A DNA stretch of 64,000 nt from Candidatus Krumholzibacteriota bacterium (GTDB taxonomy: Bacteria > Krumholzibacteriota > Krumholzibacteriia > JAJRXK01), in contig CAWDWO010000008.1 in the NCBI GenBank assembly GCA_963806035.1, positions 26,839 through 90,838 of the forward strand, given 5' to 3'. Below, in pieces: positions 40,656 through 49,870 of the stretch; the first letter of the stretch is position 1, and each line of letters starts with the position of its first letter. A program made the translations under genes and the position numbers. A model generated the notes under the pieces. It was given only the letters and a program-made list of their open reading frames with translations. It made no database searches and had not been told where the DNA came from.

Positions 40656-41888
40656 ATGCCTTCTCGAAAAGCGAAGTCCCCGTCCGCCCGGCTTCAGCGC
40701 GCCTCCGTGGCTCTCTTGTGCATGAGTCTGCTTCTGGCTTGGCCCGTGAGAGCTCTGCAGGCGCAAGAGGATCAGTCCGCGGTCCATTTCACTCTCGTGG
40801 TGAGCCTACCCGATGCCACCGCTCAGGGTGATCCGATCTACCTCTCCACCGATCACGACGGCTGGCGCGCGGACGATCCGAAGTACCGACTTCAGCCGCG
40901 CCCCGACGGAAGATGGGAGCTAAAGATGAGCGCTCCCGCCGACCGGCTCCTGCACTTTTTGTTCTGCCGGGGAAGCTGGGCAAGAGTCGAGGTGCGCGCG
41001 GACGGCTCGTCTCTCGATGCGCGCCGGTTGCGGCCACGAGACGGCGCGAGCTACGAGTTGCGGGTGGCCCGCTGGGCGGATGCCGACATGTCGACGATCA
41101 CGGGCCACGTGGAGTCCTTCGTAGAGCCCTCCTTCCTGCACGGCCGTCGCTGCTGGGTCTATCTCCCGCCCGGCTACGCCGAGGGCGATCGCCGCTATCC
41201 CGTGTTGTACATGCACGACGGGCAGAACCTCTTCGACAAGGAGCGCTCTTACGCGGGAGAGTGGCAGCTCGATGAAACTCTGGAGCGCATGATCGCGAGC
41301 AAAGAACTTCCCGCACTCATCGTGGTCGGCATCGAAAATGGCGGCGTGGCGCGCATGGACGAATACGGACCCTGGCACGATACGAAATGGAATGCGGGAG
41401 GCGGAGGGGACGCCTACCTGCGCGCGGTGGCGGATACCCTCAAACCCGCCATCGATGCCGAGTACCGCACACTCCCTGAGCCGAATCATACCTACATGGC
41501 CGGATCCTCCATGGGGGGATTGATCTCGGCCTACGCCGGATTCAAATACGGCAAGGTGTTCGGCGGCGGCATCGCCGCCGTCTCTCCCTCCTACTGGTGG
41601 GCTCAGGACCGTATTCTCCAACTGGCCAAGCGTGCCGGCCGACCCACCACGCGCCGTTTCTATCAGGACATGGGCACTCTGGAATCGGGCGGTTTCGAGG
41701 ATGAGAACCACGACGGAGTGGAGGATTCCATCGGCAGACTGCGCGCCATGCGGGACCTTCTCGTCGCGGGCGGGATGAAGGAAGGCGAGAATCTCCTCAG
41801 CGTGGAGGCAGAGGGTGGCCGTCACCACGAGCGCGACTGGGCCAAGCGCTTGCCCGGGCTCCTGCGCTTTCTGTTGGCTGATGAGTAG
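40656..41888 (+). CDS. Secreted alpha/beta-hydrolase (esterase family) with an N-terminal CBM20-like module
   Basis: Signal peptide and IYLS...GW...W.L...F.RGSW..VE, followed by VYLPPGY, YPVLYMHDGQN, GSSMGG and HHERDW. Confidence 0.85.
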   Translation: MPSRKAKSPSARLQRASVALLCMSLLLAWPVRALQAQEDQSAVHFTLVVSLPDATAQGDPIYLSTDHDGWRADDPKYRLQPRPDGRWELKMSAPADRLLHFLFCRGSWARVEVRADGSSLDARRLRPRDGASYELRVARWADADMSTITGHVESFVEPSFLHGRRCWVYLPPGYAEGDRRYPVLYMHDGQNLFDKERSYAGEWQLDETLERMIASKELPALIVVGIENGGVARMDEYGPWHDTKWNAGGGGDAYLRAVADTLKPAIDAEYRTLPEPNHTYMAGSSMGGLISAYAGFKYGKVFGGGIAAVSPSYWWAQDRILQLAKRAGRPTTRRFYQDMGTLESGGFEDENHDGVEDSIGRLRAMRDLLVAGGMKEGENLLSVEAEGGRHHERDWAKRLPGLLRFLLADE

Positions 41889-42112
41889 TCGAGCGTGTGG
41901 ATTCTTTTCGTCCCCGCGGTCCCTTTTTAGTCATCAAGAGCGGTATTTGTGTACCCGGGTAAAAACAGGTAACTCCTTGTTATTCTATAAGATACTTGGG
42001 TAGATGCTTACGCAAGAAAGGCGAAACTGACAAACTGAAGAGCTCCCTCTCGGCTTGGGTGACGCTGAGGAAAGGGCTCTCTGGCTCCACCGCTACCGGG
42101 CTCTCCCCAGGC

Positions 42113-42150
42113 AAAGAGAAGCGGGCCACCCCAAGGCGGCCCGCTTTTTC
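42113..42150 (-). terminator. Rho-independent terminator ending the alpha-glucan locus
   Basis: Minus strand AGCGGGCCGCC-TTGG-GGTGGCCCGCT (one G-U pair) followed by TCTCTTT. A T-run is also present on the plus strand. Confidence 0.8.
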
Positions 42151-42182
42151 TCGCGCACTGCGCGATCACGCAAGCGTGGTGA

Positions 42183-43334
42183 CTAGTACTGCGCCTTCAA
42201 AGCACCCCAAGAATTGGAGGAGGTGGGGATCGGAGCGCAGCTTCCCGATCCATCATCCCAGACGTAGGTCTCGGTCTGCGTGGGCAGGAGAGAGTTATCG
42301 ATGACGAGAATCCGGTTGCCCACGGACTCCCAGGTGCCACAGTCGTCCTTCTGGAACTTGAACTCCTGGTTGAAAGGAATCGCGGTTCCTTGAGGATAGG
42401 TGACGCAGGCCTGGTAGAGACCGCCGCCCAGCATGGTCATGCTGATCCCGGGCTGCCCCCAGTTCGTGAGCAGAGCGCCGCCGCCGGTGAGGCAGACTCC
42501 GCCGGTGTTCTCCACCCCGTCCAGACAGACCTGGAAGCAGACTTCCTTATCTTCCGTGAGGGTGTTCCCCAGGCCACACCCGATGGGGGCGTTGTTCCAG
42601 CTGTCCACGCCCAGGGTGACCATGGCGGTTCCGTCGGTGGGAAGGTTCACGACGCGGTTGGCGATGCCCTCCCAGTCGGCGCAGTCATTGTTCTTGTACT
42701 TGTACTCGAAGCTGGGGTTGTCGCCGGCCAGGAAGGTCACGGTGACTTCGTAGAGTTCACCCGAGACGTTGCTCATGGGAACCCCGGTGCCCCAGGCTCC
42801 AATCTCGGCCGCCGAGCCGATGACGCAGGGAACGCCGGTGGTGACCGGTTCCCCGCTCATGCAGAGCTGGAAGGTGACGTCGACGTCGTTCGGTAGCACG
42901 TTGGTGACGGTGTAGCGCAGGAGCGGCGGAGTGCCATTCTGGTCTCCCACCACCTCGAAGCTCGTCGCATCGCTCAGATCATCGAAGACGACGGTGACGT
43001 CCACCCAGCTCGCCCCCGCGAGGTCGGCCTGGGCAATGTCGGCCTTGTATTCGTCGTTCGATCCGACGTCGGTATTGTAGACCATGGCCACGCTGGTCTG
43101 CGCACCCATGAGGTCCGTTTGGTAGTACAGCGTGCCTTGGATGTCGGCGCCCTGGCCGGCCGCATCGGTCACGCCGCCCTTCCAGACCTGCGCATAAACG
43201 GTCACGTCCGATGTCGGAGTGATCAGAGCGCCGTCGTTGGGATAGACGTTCCCAGCCCAACCGATGACGGCGTGGGCGTTGGTCGATAGGCCCACGAGGA
43301 CCAAGACCATCAGAATCGGTAGCAGCTTTTTCAC
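42183..43334 (-). CDS. Secreted non-catalytic starch-binding protein (amylopullulanase accessory-like domain + 2 CBM20-like domains)
   Basis: Signal peptide (AHA) and IGWAGN...VYAQVW.GGVTD..GQG...GSNDEY. Two modules GS..EIGAW...FEYKY...WE...NR and G...LTNW...EFKF...WE..GNR. Ends in SWGALKAQY. Confidence 0.7.
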   Translation of the reverse strand: MKKLLPILMVLVLVGLSTNAHAVIGWAGNVYPNDGALITPTSDVTVYAQVWKGGVTDAAGQGADIQGTLYYQTDLMGAQTSVAMVYNTDVGSNDEYKADIAQADLAGASWVDVTVVFDDLSDATSFEVVGDQNGTPPLLRYTVTNVLPNDVDVTFQLCMSGEPVTTGVPCVIGSAAEIGAWGTGVPMSNVSGELYEVTVTFLAGDNPSFEYKYKNNDCADWEGIANRVVNLPTDGTAMVTLGVDSWNNAPIGCGLGNTLTEDKEVCFQVCLDGVENTGGVCLTGGGALLTNWGQPGISMTMLGGGLYQACVTYPQGTAIPFNQEFKFQKDDCGTWESVGNRILVIDNSLLPTQTETYVWDDGSGSCAPIPTSSNSWGALKAQY

Positions 43335-43421
43335 GGTGTCCTCCCTCAGGACTGATGGTTGAATTCGAACCCATCGACCTCAATTTTAGGCCAAATGGAG
43401 TTTTCCGGTCAATTCGAGCGG

Positions 43422-43452
43422 TCCCCCGGCCCACCGGAACCAGGCCGGGGGA
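43422..43452. terminator. Intergenic GC-rich hairpin
   Basis: 10-bp inverted repeat TCCCCCGGCC...GGCCGGGGGA without a clear U tract. Confidence 0.45.
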
Positions 43453-43470
43453 ACACCTGCTATCCTTCTG

Positions 43471-45933
43471 CTACTTGAGAAGGACGAGTTTCAAGCCGTC
43501 GGCGGATCCGTCGGCCAAAAGACGCACGTAATACACACCGCTCGAGACGGGGCTTCCGGTATCGCTCATGCCGTTCCATTGCAGCTCGTGCCGGCCCGGA
43601 GACTGCACGGAGTCCAGAAGCTGGCTCACCAGCCGTCCCCTCGCGTCGTAGATCGCCAGGTTCACCCGCGACCTGCTTGCCACCTCGAACTGCAGAGTGG
43701 TCCGGGGATTGAAGGGATTCGGCCACGCCGCCAGCAAGTGGGTTCGTATTCCGGGAACGACGTTCGGAGCCGCCGTCGCCACGGTGTGGTGGAGCTGGTC
43801 CAGCGGCAGCACCTGCGGATTTTGGCCCGCGTCGAAGTTGTCCAGGATGATCATGCTCCGATTGGGTTGATCCTGCCCCTCGAAGACGTCTCCCACGGTG
43901 TACTTGTACTCGAGGTAATAATTCGTCGAATCGACGAAGGTCACCGCGAGGGTGTAGATGTCGTCTCCCGCGACCGCATCGAAACCGATTCCGTCATCGT
44001 GCATGCCGGGAGCCAGAGCCGGATCCCAGTCGAGCGGGGACTGACTTCCAGCCAGACGAACGTCCAGCGCGCCGCCCGAGCCTGCGACGGACGACTGTCC
44101 GACATCGACGCTGAAAACCACCTTGACGTCGTGCCCAATGACGTAGCAGCGATTGAAGTAGGCCAAGCGCAGCGCCAGCGGGCCCTTGAGACCGCCGATC
44201 GTGTCATACAGCGTATCATCCAGGTAGACGTCGCGGTTGCCCGTCTCGGGACACTCGAAGCTCCCGTTGAGCGTGAACTTGTATCCCACGTTCTTGAGCG
44301 TTCCGGCCGGGAAGGACGCCACCCCCGTGTAGACATAGTCACCCGCGGTCTCGTCCTGGCCAGTGCCATCATCGACCATGGTCGCGAACGGCGCGGTGAA
44401 GCTGAGCGGCAGCTCGCTCCCCGCCAGACCCACGTCGTCGACTCCCTGGATGGGTGAGAAGGCACTCATGTCCACTCTGAAGATGACGTCGATGGCTTTG
44501 TCGGTGAAGGAAGTGGGGTCCAGATCGTCCCAGAAGTGGGAAAAGGTCTGGGTTGCGGGGGAGGCGATGTTCAGGGTGAAACTGCGGTTGCCCACGGTCT
44601 CCCAATCGCCGCAGTTGTGGTTGAACTTCCACTCCACCGTCAAACTGCCCGAGCTATCGGAACATTGAACCGGGAAGGAAAAGAGAGTGGTGTACTGCCA
44701 AATTTCGTTGATCGCGTCGACCTGCACCATGTCCGCTCCGTCGCAGAGGTCGAAACTCAACGGGAACTTGCTTCCCTCCACCGTGAATCCATCCGGCGGC
44801 ATGGAGTTGGTCTGGAGATACGGCCCGAACTTCCCTTCGAATGTCACGCTCTTCACGGCAAAACACTTAACGTTGCCAACGTTGTCGTAGATGATCTCGT
44901 TACCGCCCAGATCCTGAACCCCCGTAACGATCACGAAGTACGCTGTCCCGGCCTCGGCAATGTCGTTCGAGAGGGTGAGATGGACGATGCTCGGCACTCC
45001 CGCATCCACGACAGCGCCGGTAACCGTGGCCGCGGTTTCTCCGCCACCGACCGTATAATGAACAGGATTACCACCGGTCACTGCATCGATCGGTTCGTTG
45101 AACGTGAGTTGCAGTTGGGCCGGTGCGGTGCGAATCGCCTGGTTCAACACCGGAGGATTGTCCACCGCGCTCTGCACCACGTAGGGCAGGGTGGCCGTCA
45201 TTTCCACCGCAGTGGTCACGTCGAACACCGTTCCGGACGGGGTCGAGGTCTGTACGTCATCACTGGCCATTGCGTCCAGCGGCGGTTTGGAGGTGCCGTC
45301 CTGGGTCATCCAGATCTCGATGTTGATGGTTCCGCCCGGAGCCACCCCGAACACGCTCAGGGGCAGGGAGAGTTCCTCGAATCCGGTGTCGTCCACGATT
45401 CCCAGACCATTGGAGCCCGAGCCCCAGCCGGGATTGACCGTGGAGGAAATGTTGTCCCAGCTCGTGCCGTTCCAGTGGTACAGAACTTCGTAGTTGAAGC
45501 CGTCGATCACGTCGTAAAGCACGTTGTCCGGCTTGTTGACGATGGTGTTCCAGGCGATCTTCCGGGAGAAGGGATCCGTGGTCCCACCGTCGCCCGGCGT
45601 GCCGTAGGAAAACGCGATTCCCAAGTTCACTTGCGGAGAGCTGAAACAGTCGCGGAAGTATTCGAAACCGATGTAGAGGTTGTTGGCATCGTTGGTCACG
45701 AAGATTTGCCCGAGATCCATCGGCGCGTCGACTTCGGGATCGTCCGTGCACCAGTTCTTGATTTCGGTGTCACCGGTGTCGTCGTCCAACAAGTTGCCCG
45801 GATCGAAATCGTTCACACCATCGATCACAATGGTCTGTGGCGTGACGGCATGGGCCAGCACTGGTGGCAACGACAAGCTCGTGATCAGCATCACCAGGCC
45901 GATCGGCCAGATTCTCGTTCGCAAGTGCTTCAT
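43471..45933 (-). CDS. Secreted multidomain protein (DOMON-like, Ig-like and CBM20-like repeats) with a FlgD/T9SS type-A-like CTD
   Basis: Signal peptide. Three GS..PL...(Y/W)K(F/Y)...E...NR modules and two DDG...D..AGD..YT motifs. C-terminus WPNPFNPRTT...IYDARGRLV...WNG...SGVYYVRL...KLVLLK. Confidence 0.75.
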   Translation of the reverse strand: MKHLRTRIWPIGLVMLITSLSLPPVLAHAVTPQTIVIDGVNDFDPGNLLDDDTGDTEIKNWCTDDPEVDAPMDLGQIFVTNDANNLYIGFEYFRDCFSSPQVNLGIAFSYGTPGDGGTTDPFSRKIAWNTIVNKPDNVLYDVIDGFNYEVLYHWNGTSWDNISSTVNPGWGSGSNGLGIVDDTGFEELSLPLSVFGVAPGGTINIEIWMTQDGTSKPPLDAMASDDVQTSTPSGTVFDVTTAVEMTATLPYVVQSAVDNPPVLNQAIRTAPAQLQLTFNEPIDAVTGGNPVHYTVGGGETAATVTGAVVDAGVPSIVHLTLSNDIAEAGTAYFVIVTGVQDLGGNEIIYDNVGNVKCFAVKSVTFEGKFGPYLQTNSMPPDGFTVEGSKFPLSFDLCDGADMVQVDAINEIWQYTTLFSFPVQCSDSSGSLTVEWKFNHNCGDWETVGNRSFTLNIASPATQTFSHFWDDLDPTSFTDKAIDVIFRVDMSAFSPIQGVDDVGLAGSELPLSFTAPFATMVDDGTGQDETAGDYVYTGVASFPAGTLKNVGYKFTLNGSFECPETGNRDVYLDDTLYDTIGGLKGPLALRLAYFNRCYVIGHDVKVVFSVDVGQSSVAGSGGALDVRLAGSQSPLDWDPALAPGMHDDGIGFDAVAGDDIYTLAVTFVDSTNYYLEYKYTVGDVFEGQDQPNRSMIILDNFDAGQNPQVLPLDQLHHTVATAAPNVVPGIRTHLLAAWPNPFNPRTTLQFEVASRSRVNLAIYDARGRLVSQLLDSVQSPGRHELQWNGMSDTGSPVSSGVYYVRLLADGSADGLKLVLLK

Positions 45934-45999
45934 AGAGGTTCCTCCCGGAAACTGATCTCAGACGCCCAATGACACGAACGCATGGTTCTGCGCAGGGTG

Positions 46000-46008
46000 A
46001 TTATACCA
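46000..46008 (-). promoter_or_regulatory. Extended -10 promoter element
   Basis: TGGTATAAT on the minus strand, about 65 nt upstream of the 45933 start. Confidence 0.6.
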
Positions 46009-46139
46009 GACAAAATCGTCCTTTGTCCTGCGGATCCAAGCTTTAAGGCCCCCTGGACCGATTTTAGAGCCCAATTGCGAACAAATATCGTAACTGGCGG
46101 CTGGCCACTGCGGAGAGCTCGGGCAGCGCGGGGGCGGGT

Positions 46140-46961
46140 CTAGCCCTTGGTCCCGCCCAGGGTGAGTCCGCCCACGAGGTAGCGGCTGAGGGCCAGGAAG
46201 AGGACCACCACCGGGATGGCCACCAGGAGCGAACCGGCCGCGTAATTGGCCCACTCGGTCTGGTAGGTGGAGGCCAGGCTCTCCAGGCCCAGAGGGAGGG
46301 TGTAGAGGTCCTGACTCACGATGAGCGCGCGGGCCACGATGAACTCGGCCCATCCGGCCATGAACGAGAACAGGGCGGTGATGACCAGGGCCGGGGCCGA
46401 AAGCGGCAGGGTCACGCGCCAGAACGCCCCCAGCTCGCTCATCCCGTCAATGAGGGCGGCCTCCTCCAGCGCGCGCGGAATGGTGTCGTAGTAGCCCTTC
46501 ATGGTCCAGATGCAGAAGGGAAGCGCGGTGGCGGTGTAGGCCAGGATGACACCATAGAGGGTGTTCACCAGACCCATGTTGCGCATGAGGAGATAGAGAG
46601 GGACGAGCAGCATGGTGGCGGGAAACATTTGGGTCATCAAAATCGAGAAGAGCCAGATTCCTCTCCCCCGCACCCGAAAGCGCGAGAGCGCGTAGGCCGA
46701 GGTCGAGGCGAGACTGACTCCGAGCAGCGAGGTGACGAGCGCCACCAGGAGAGAGTTGCGCATCCACAGCCAAAAGGGCTTCTCGAAGAGCACGGCGTGA
46801 TAGGAGTGGAGGGTGGCGCCCTTGGGGATGATGCTGAGTTCCGTGCTATAGAGTGCGTCGCCGGGACGCAGGGAGATCCCCAGGATCTGCACCACCGGGT
46901 ACAGCACGATCACCACGATCACGATCATCAAACAGTGCCAGCCGAGCACTCGGATTCGCAT
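46140..46961 (-). CDS. malG: Maltose/maltodextrin ABC permease, MalG-like
   Basis: AYALSRF, QMFP and the EAA loop KGYYDTIPRALEEAALIDG. Ends GGLTLGGTKG. Confidence 0.88.
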   Translation of the reverse strand: MRIRVLGWHCLMIVIVVIVLYPVVQILGISLRPGDALYSTELSIIPKGATLHSYHAVLFEKPFWLWMRNSLLVALVTSLLGVSLASTSAYALSRFRVRGRGIWLFSILMTQMFPATMLLVPLYLLMRNMGLVNTLYGVILAYTATALPFCIWTMKGYYDTIPRALEEAALIDGMSELGAFWRVTLPLSAPALVITALFSFMAGWAEFIVARALIVSQDLYTLPLGLESLASTYQTEWANYAAGSLLVAIPVVVLFLALSRYLVGGLTLGGTKG

Positions 46962-46971
46962 ACGGGGCTCC

Positions 46972-47862
46972 CTAGACCTGGTAGTTGACCTGACCGCGAC
47001 GCCAGTTCAGCCAGGTCAGACCGGCGAGGATGAAAAAGATCACCACGCTGAACGCCGCCGCGTAGCCGTAGCGATAGTAGTTGAAAGCGGCCTTGTACAC
47101 GTAGGTGACGAGGATGTGACTCTTGTCGGCCGGCTCTCCCATGTTCGTGACCAGCCAGATGACGTTCAGGTTGTTGAAGGTCCAGATGGTGCCCAGAATG
47201 ACCGCGGGGGCCATGACCGGCTTCAAGAGCGGGAGCGTGATGTAACGCAATTTCCAGAAGCGGCTCGCGCCGTCGATTTCCGCCGCTTCGTACATCTCCT
47301 CCGGAATGCTTTGCAGGCCCCCCAGCGCCACCACCATCATGAAGGGAAAGCCCAGCCAGATGTTCGTGATGATGGCCGCGGTGAACGCCCAGGTAGCGTT
47401 GGAGAGCCAGGGGATTTGCAGCGGAGCGAAGCCGAGAAGACTCGTGATCTTCTCCAGCCATAGATTGATGGCCCCGTACTCGAAGTTGAACAGCCCCCGC
47501 CAGCTCAGCGCGGCGATGTACTGCGGGAGAGCCCAGGGCAGAATGAGGAGCGCCCGGTAAACCGCGCGCCCGCGGTAGGGACGATTCAAGAGCAAGGCCA
47601 GTCCGACGCCCAGCAAGAGGTGGAAGAAGACGTTGACCGCAGTCCACACCACCGTCTTGAACAGGTAGATCCACAGTAATGGCTCGCCGAAGATGTGCGT
47701 GTACTGCCTGAGGCCTACGAAGCTCGCTCCGTCCTTGATGGTATAGAGGCCGAGATTGGTCAGTGAAATCCAGAAGTTGTAGAGGAAGGGCCAGGCCACG
47801 ATGAGCACCAGGACCGTGGCGGACGGCAGGATGAACCAGAAGAAGGTGCGGCCCCGATTCAT
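46972..47862 (-). CDS. malF: Maltose/maltodextrin ABC permease, MalF-like
   Basis: LILPWALP, NIWLGFPFMM and LQSIPEEMYEAAEIDGA. ATGA overlap with the SBP gene. Confidence 0.88.
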   Translation of the reverse strand: MNRGRTFFWFILPSATVLVLIVAWPFLYNFWISLTNLGLYTIKDGASFVGLRQYTHIFGEPLLWIYLFKTVVWTAVNVFFHLLLGVGLALLLNRPYRGRAVYRALLILPWALPQYIAALSWRGLFNFEYGAINLWLEKITSLLGFAPLQIPWLSNATWAFTAAIITNIWLGFPFMMVVALGGLQSIPEEMYEAAEIDGASRFWKLRYITLPLLKPVMAPAVILGTIWTFNNLNVIWLVTNMGEPADKSHILVTYVYKAAFNYYRYGYAAAFSVVIFFILAGLTWLNWRRGQVNYQV

Positions 47863-49088
47863 TGCCGCATCTCCTCGATCTTTCGCAGCGCCTCTTTTTG
47901 CATCCAGGGTCCGGCTTCTTCCGCGCGCATGCTCCCCGAAAGCACCTCCTGGTACGCGGGCCGAATCACGTCCCAAATGATCCGCATCTGCGGAACCACC
48001 GGCATGGGACGGCCCTTTTCCAGCTGGGCCCAGGATGCTTTCAGGATCGGGTCGTTGACGATCATGGGCCATTGGGCCACGTCTTCGCGACTGGGCAGGG
48101 CTCCTAGCTCTCTGGAAACCTCTCCGATTTGCGGCGCAGCGGTCAAATAGGCCAGGAGTTGCAGAACCGCCTCCTTACGCACGTCGGGAACGTTCACGTT
48201 CAACGAGTATCCCAGAGGAGAAGTCATGGGGGTGGGCCAGAGCCCGGTTTCACTGACGCGGGGAATGCACGCCAGACCGATGTCGATCCCCGCGTCCCGG
48301 TAGCTCTGCCAGGACCAGGGTCCGTTGATGGCGTAGGCTGCTTTGCCCTGCTTGAAGAGTGTGTCGGCCAGCGGGTAGTCGCAGCTCTTCGGGATCACCT
48401 TGCGGCGCACCAGCTTGCGCATGAATCCCATGGCCTTCGTCATCGCCTCCGAATCGAGAGTCGGGGCGCCACTCTCGTCCATGACCCAACCGCCGAACCC
48501 GCCCAACCAGGGAATCAGCCAGAACGGTTCGGACAGATTCATCACGACCCCGTAACGGTCGGTCTTCCCGTCGCCGTCCACGTCGACAGTGAGCGAGTCG
48601 AGTTGCGCCAGCCAGGCGTCGGTATCCAGCGCGGGATGGTCCACGTACTTGCGGTTGTAGACCAAGGTGAGATGATTGCCCACCTGGTCCGCGAGCGCGT
48701 ACACGTGACCGTCGAGAGTTGCCAGGGAAGCCGGGCTGAAGAGCGCCAGGGTGTCGGGCGGGATCACCGTCTCCAGCGGCACGATGAGACCCATGATGCT
48801 GAAGGGGCCGATCTGATCACCGGGCCCGTAGACCAGGTCGGGGCCGGAACCGGCCAGGGCCGCTGTCTGGTACTGCGTGCGCAATACTTCGGTCTTGAAG
48901 TGGTTGGTCTCGACGCGGATTCCCGGATGTTCCGCCATGAAGCGCTCGAGTTGGAGGTGCAGCACCCGCTGCTGCGCCGGATCCATCTGCTCCCAGAGGG
49001 TGATCCGGGAAGCATCCTCTCGCGGCGCGCACGAGCCCTGGCCGAGCGTGAGCGCGACGCATGCCAGAGAGAGAAGAACCCGTCGCAC
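47859..49088 (-). CDS. Maltodextrin-binding protein (MalE/MdxE-like extracellular solute-binding protein)
   Basis: Signal peptide or lipobox-like N-terminus. Motifs GSGPDL, LVYNRK, INGPWS and PMPVVPQMRIIWD. Confidence 0.85.
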   Translation of the reverse strand: MRRVLLSLACVALTLGQGSCAPREDASRITLWEQMDPAQQRVLHLQLERFMAEHPGIRVETNHFKTEVLRTQYQTAALAGSGPDLVYGPGDQIGPFSIMGLIVPLETVIPPDTLALFSPASLATLDGHVYALADQVGNHLTLVYNRKYVDHPALDTDAWLAQLDSLTVDVDGDGKTDRYGVVMNLSEPFWLIPWLGGFGGWVMDESGAPTLDSEAMTKAMGFMRKLVRRKVIPKSCDYPLADTLFKQGKAAYAINGPWSWQSYRDAGIDIGLACIPRVSETGLWPTPMTSPLGYSLNVNVPDVRKEAVLQLLAYLTAAPQIGEVSRELGALPSREDVAQWPMIVNDPILKASWAQLEKGRPMPVVPQMRIIWDVIRPAYQEVLSGSMRAEEAGPWMQKEALRKIEEMRQ

Positions 49089-49102
49089 GGTGGATCCTCG
49101 GG

Positions 49103-49858
49103 CTACTTTGGGCGCACGTTGGCCACGGAGTTCTTGCCGCCGTAACCGTCATCCCGGCTTTCTGAATTGCCGGGGTCGGCCATCCACTTCCCGTCCACCA
49201 CGAACTTGTAGAGATGCTCTCCTTCGGGGAGTTTGATCGTCGTGCTCCAGACTCCGTTGCCACCGAGGGTCAACGCACTGGCGCTCGGATCCCAGTTCGA
49301 CCAATCACCGGTGACGTAGACGCTCTTGGCATCCTCGTATCCCTCGAGCGTGAATGTGTAGTCATAGCTGCGAGACACCCGCGAGGAGGTGTTGAGGCTG
49401 TAGCTCAGATACGCTTCGTCGTAGGCATAAGGCAATTGGGAAGGAACGACGAGAATGGAATTCTTCCCACCGTACCCGTCGTCGGTCGATTCGGGATTGC
49501 TGGGGTCGGCTTGCCAGTCGACCTGATCGATCACGTACTTGTACTGATAACGTCCTGGAGGCAGAGGAAGGGTGATTTCCCAGATCCCATCGCCATCGAG
49601 ATCCTTCATTGGATCGATCTTGGGATCGAGTCGATTGCCTGCCGCGGTGCCCAACCAGTTGTTGAACTCTCCCGCCAGATTTACTTCTCGCGCGGCGGGA
49701 GCCTTGTAACGGAAGGTGATACCGTGCGGGCCGGGTTTGGGGGGATCGAGACGATCTTCCACGAAACCCAGTAGCGAGCATCCGAGGCACAAGAACGCAA
49801 TCGCGCTCAAGAGGAAGCTCGAGGCGACTCGTCGAGGGATCAGAGTTCGAGCTGCCAT
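49103..49858 (-). CDS. Lipoprotein with two CBM48 (AMPK1_CBM-like) glycogen-binding domains
   Basis: Lipobox-like CLGC and two modules G(E/D)(F/W).NW...YK(Y/F)V.D..W..DP.N....DDGYGGKNS. Confidence 0.85.
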   Translation of the reverse strand: MAARTLIPRRVASSFLLSAIAFLCLGCSLLGFVEDRLDPPKPGPHGITFRYKAPAAREVNLAGEFNNWLGTAAGNRLDPKIDPMKDLDGDGIWEITLPLPPGRYQYKYVIDQVDWQADPSNPESTDDGYGGKNSILVVPSQLPYAYDEAYLSYSLNTSSRVSRSYDYTFTLEGYEDAKSVYVTGDWSNWDPSASALTLGGNGVWSTTIKLPEGEHLYKFVVDGKWMADPGNSESRDDGYGGKNSVANVRPK

Positions 49859-49870
49859 CGTCCAATCCTC

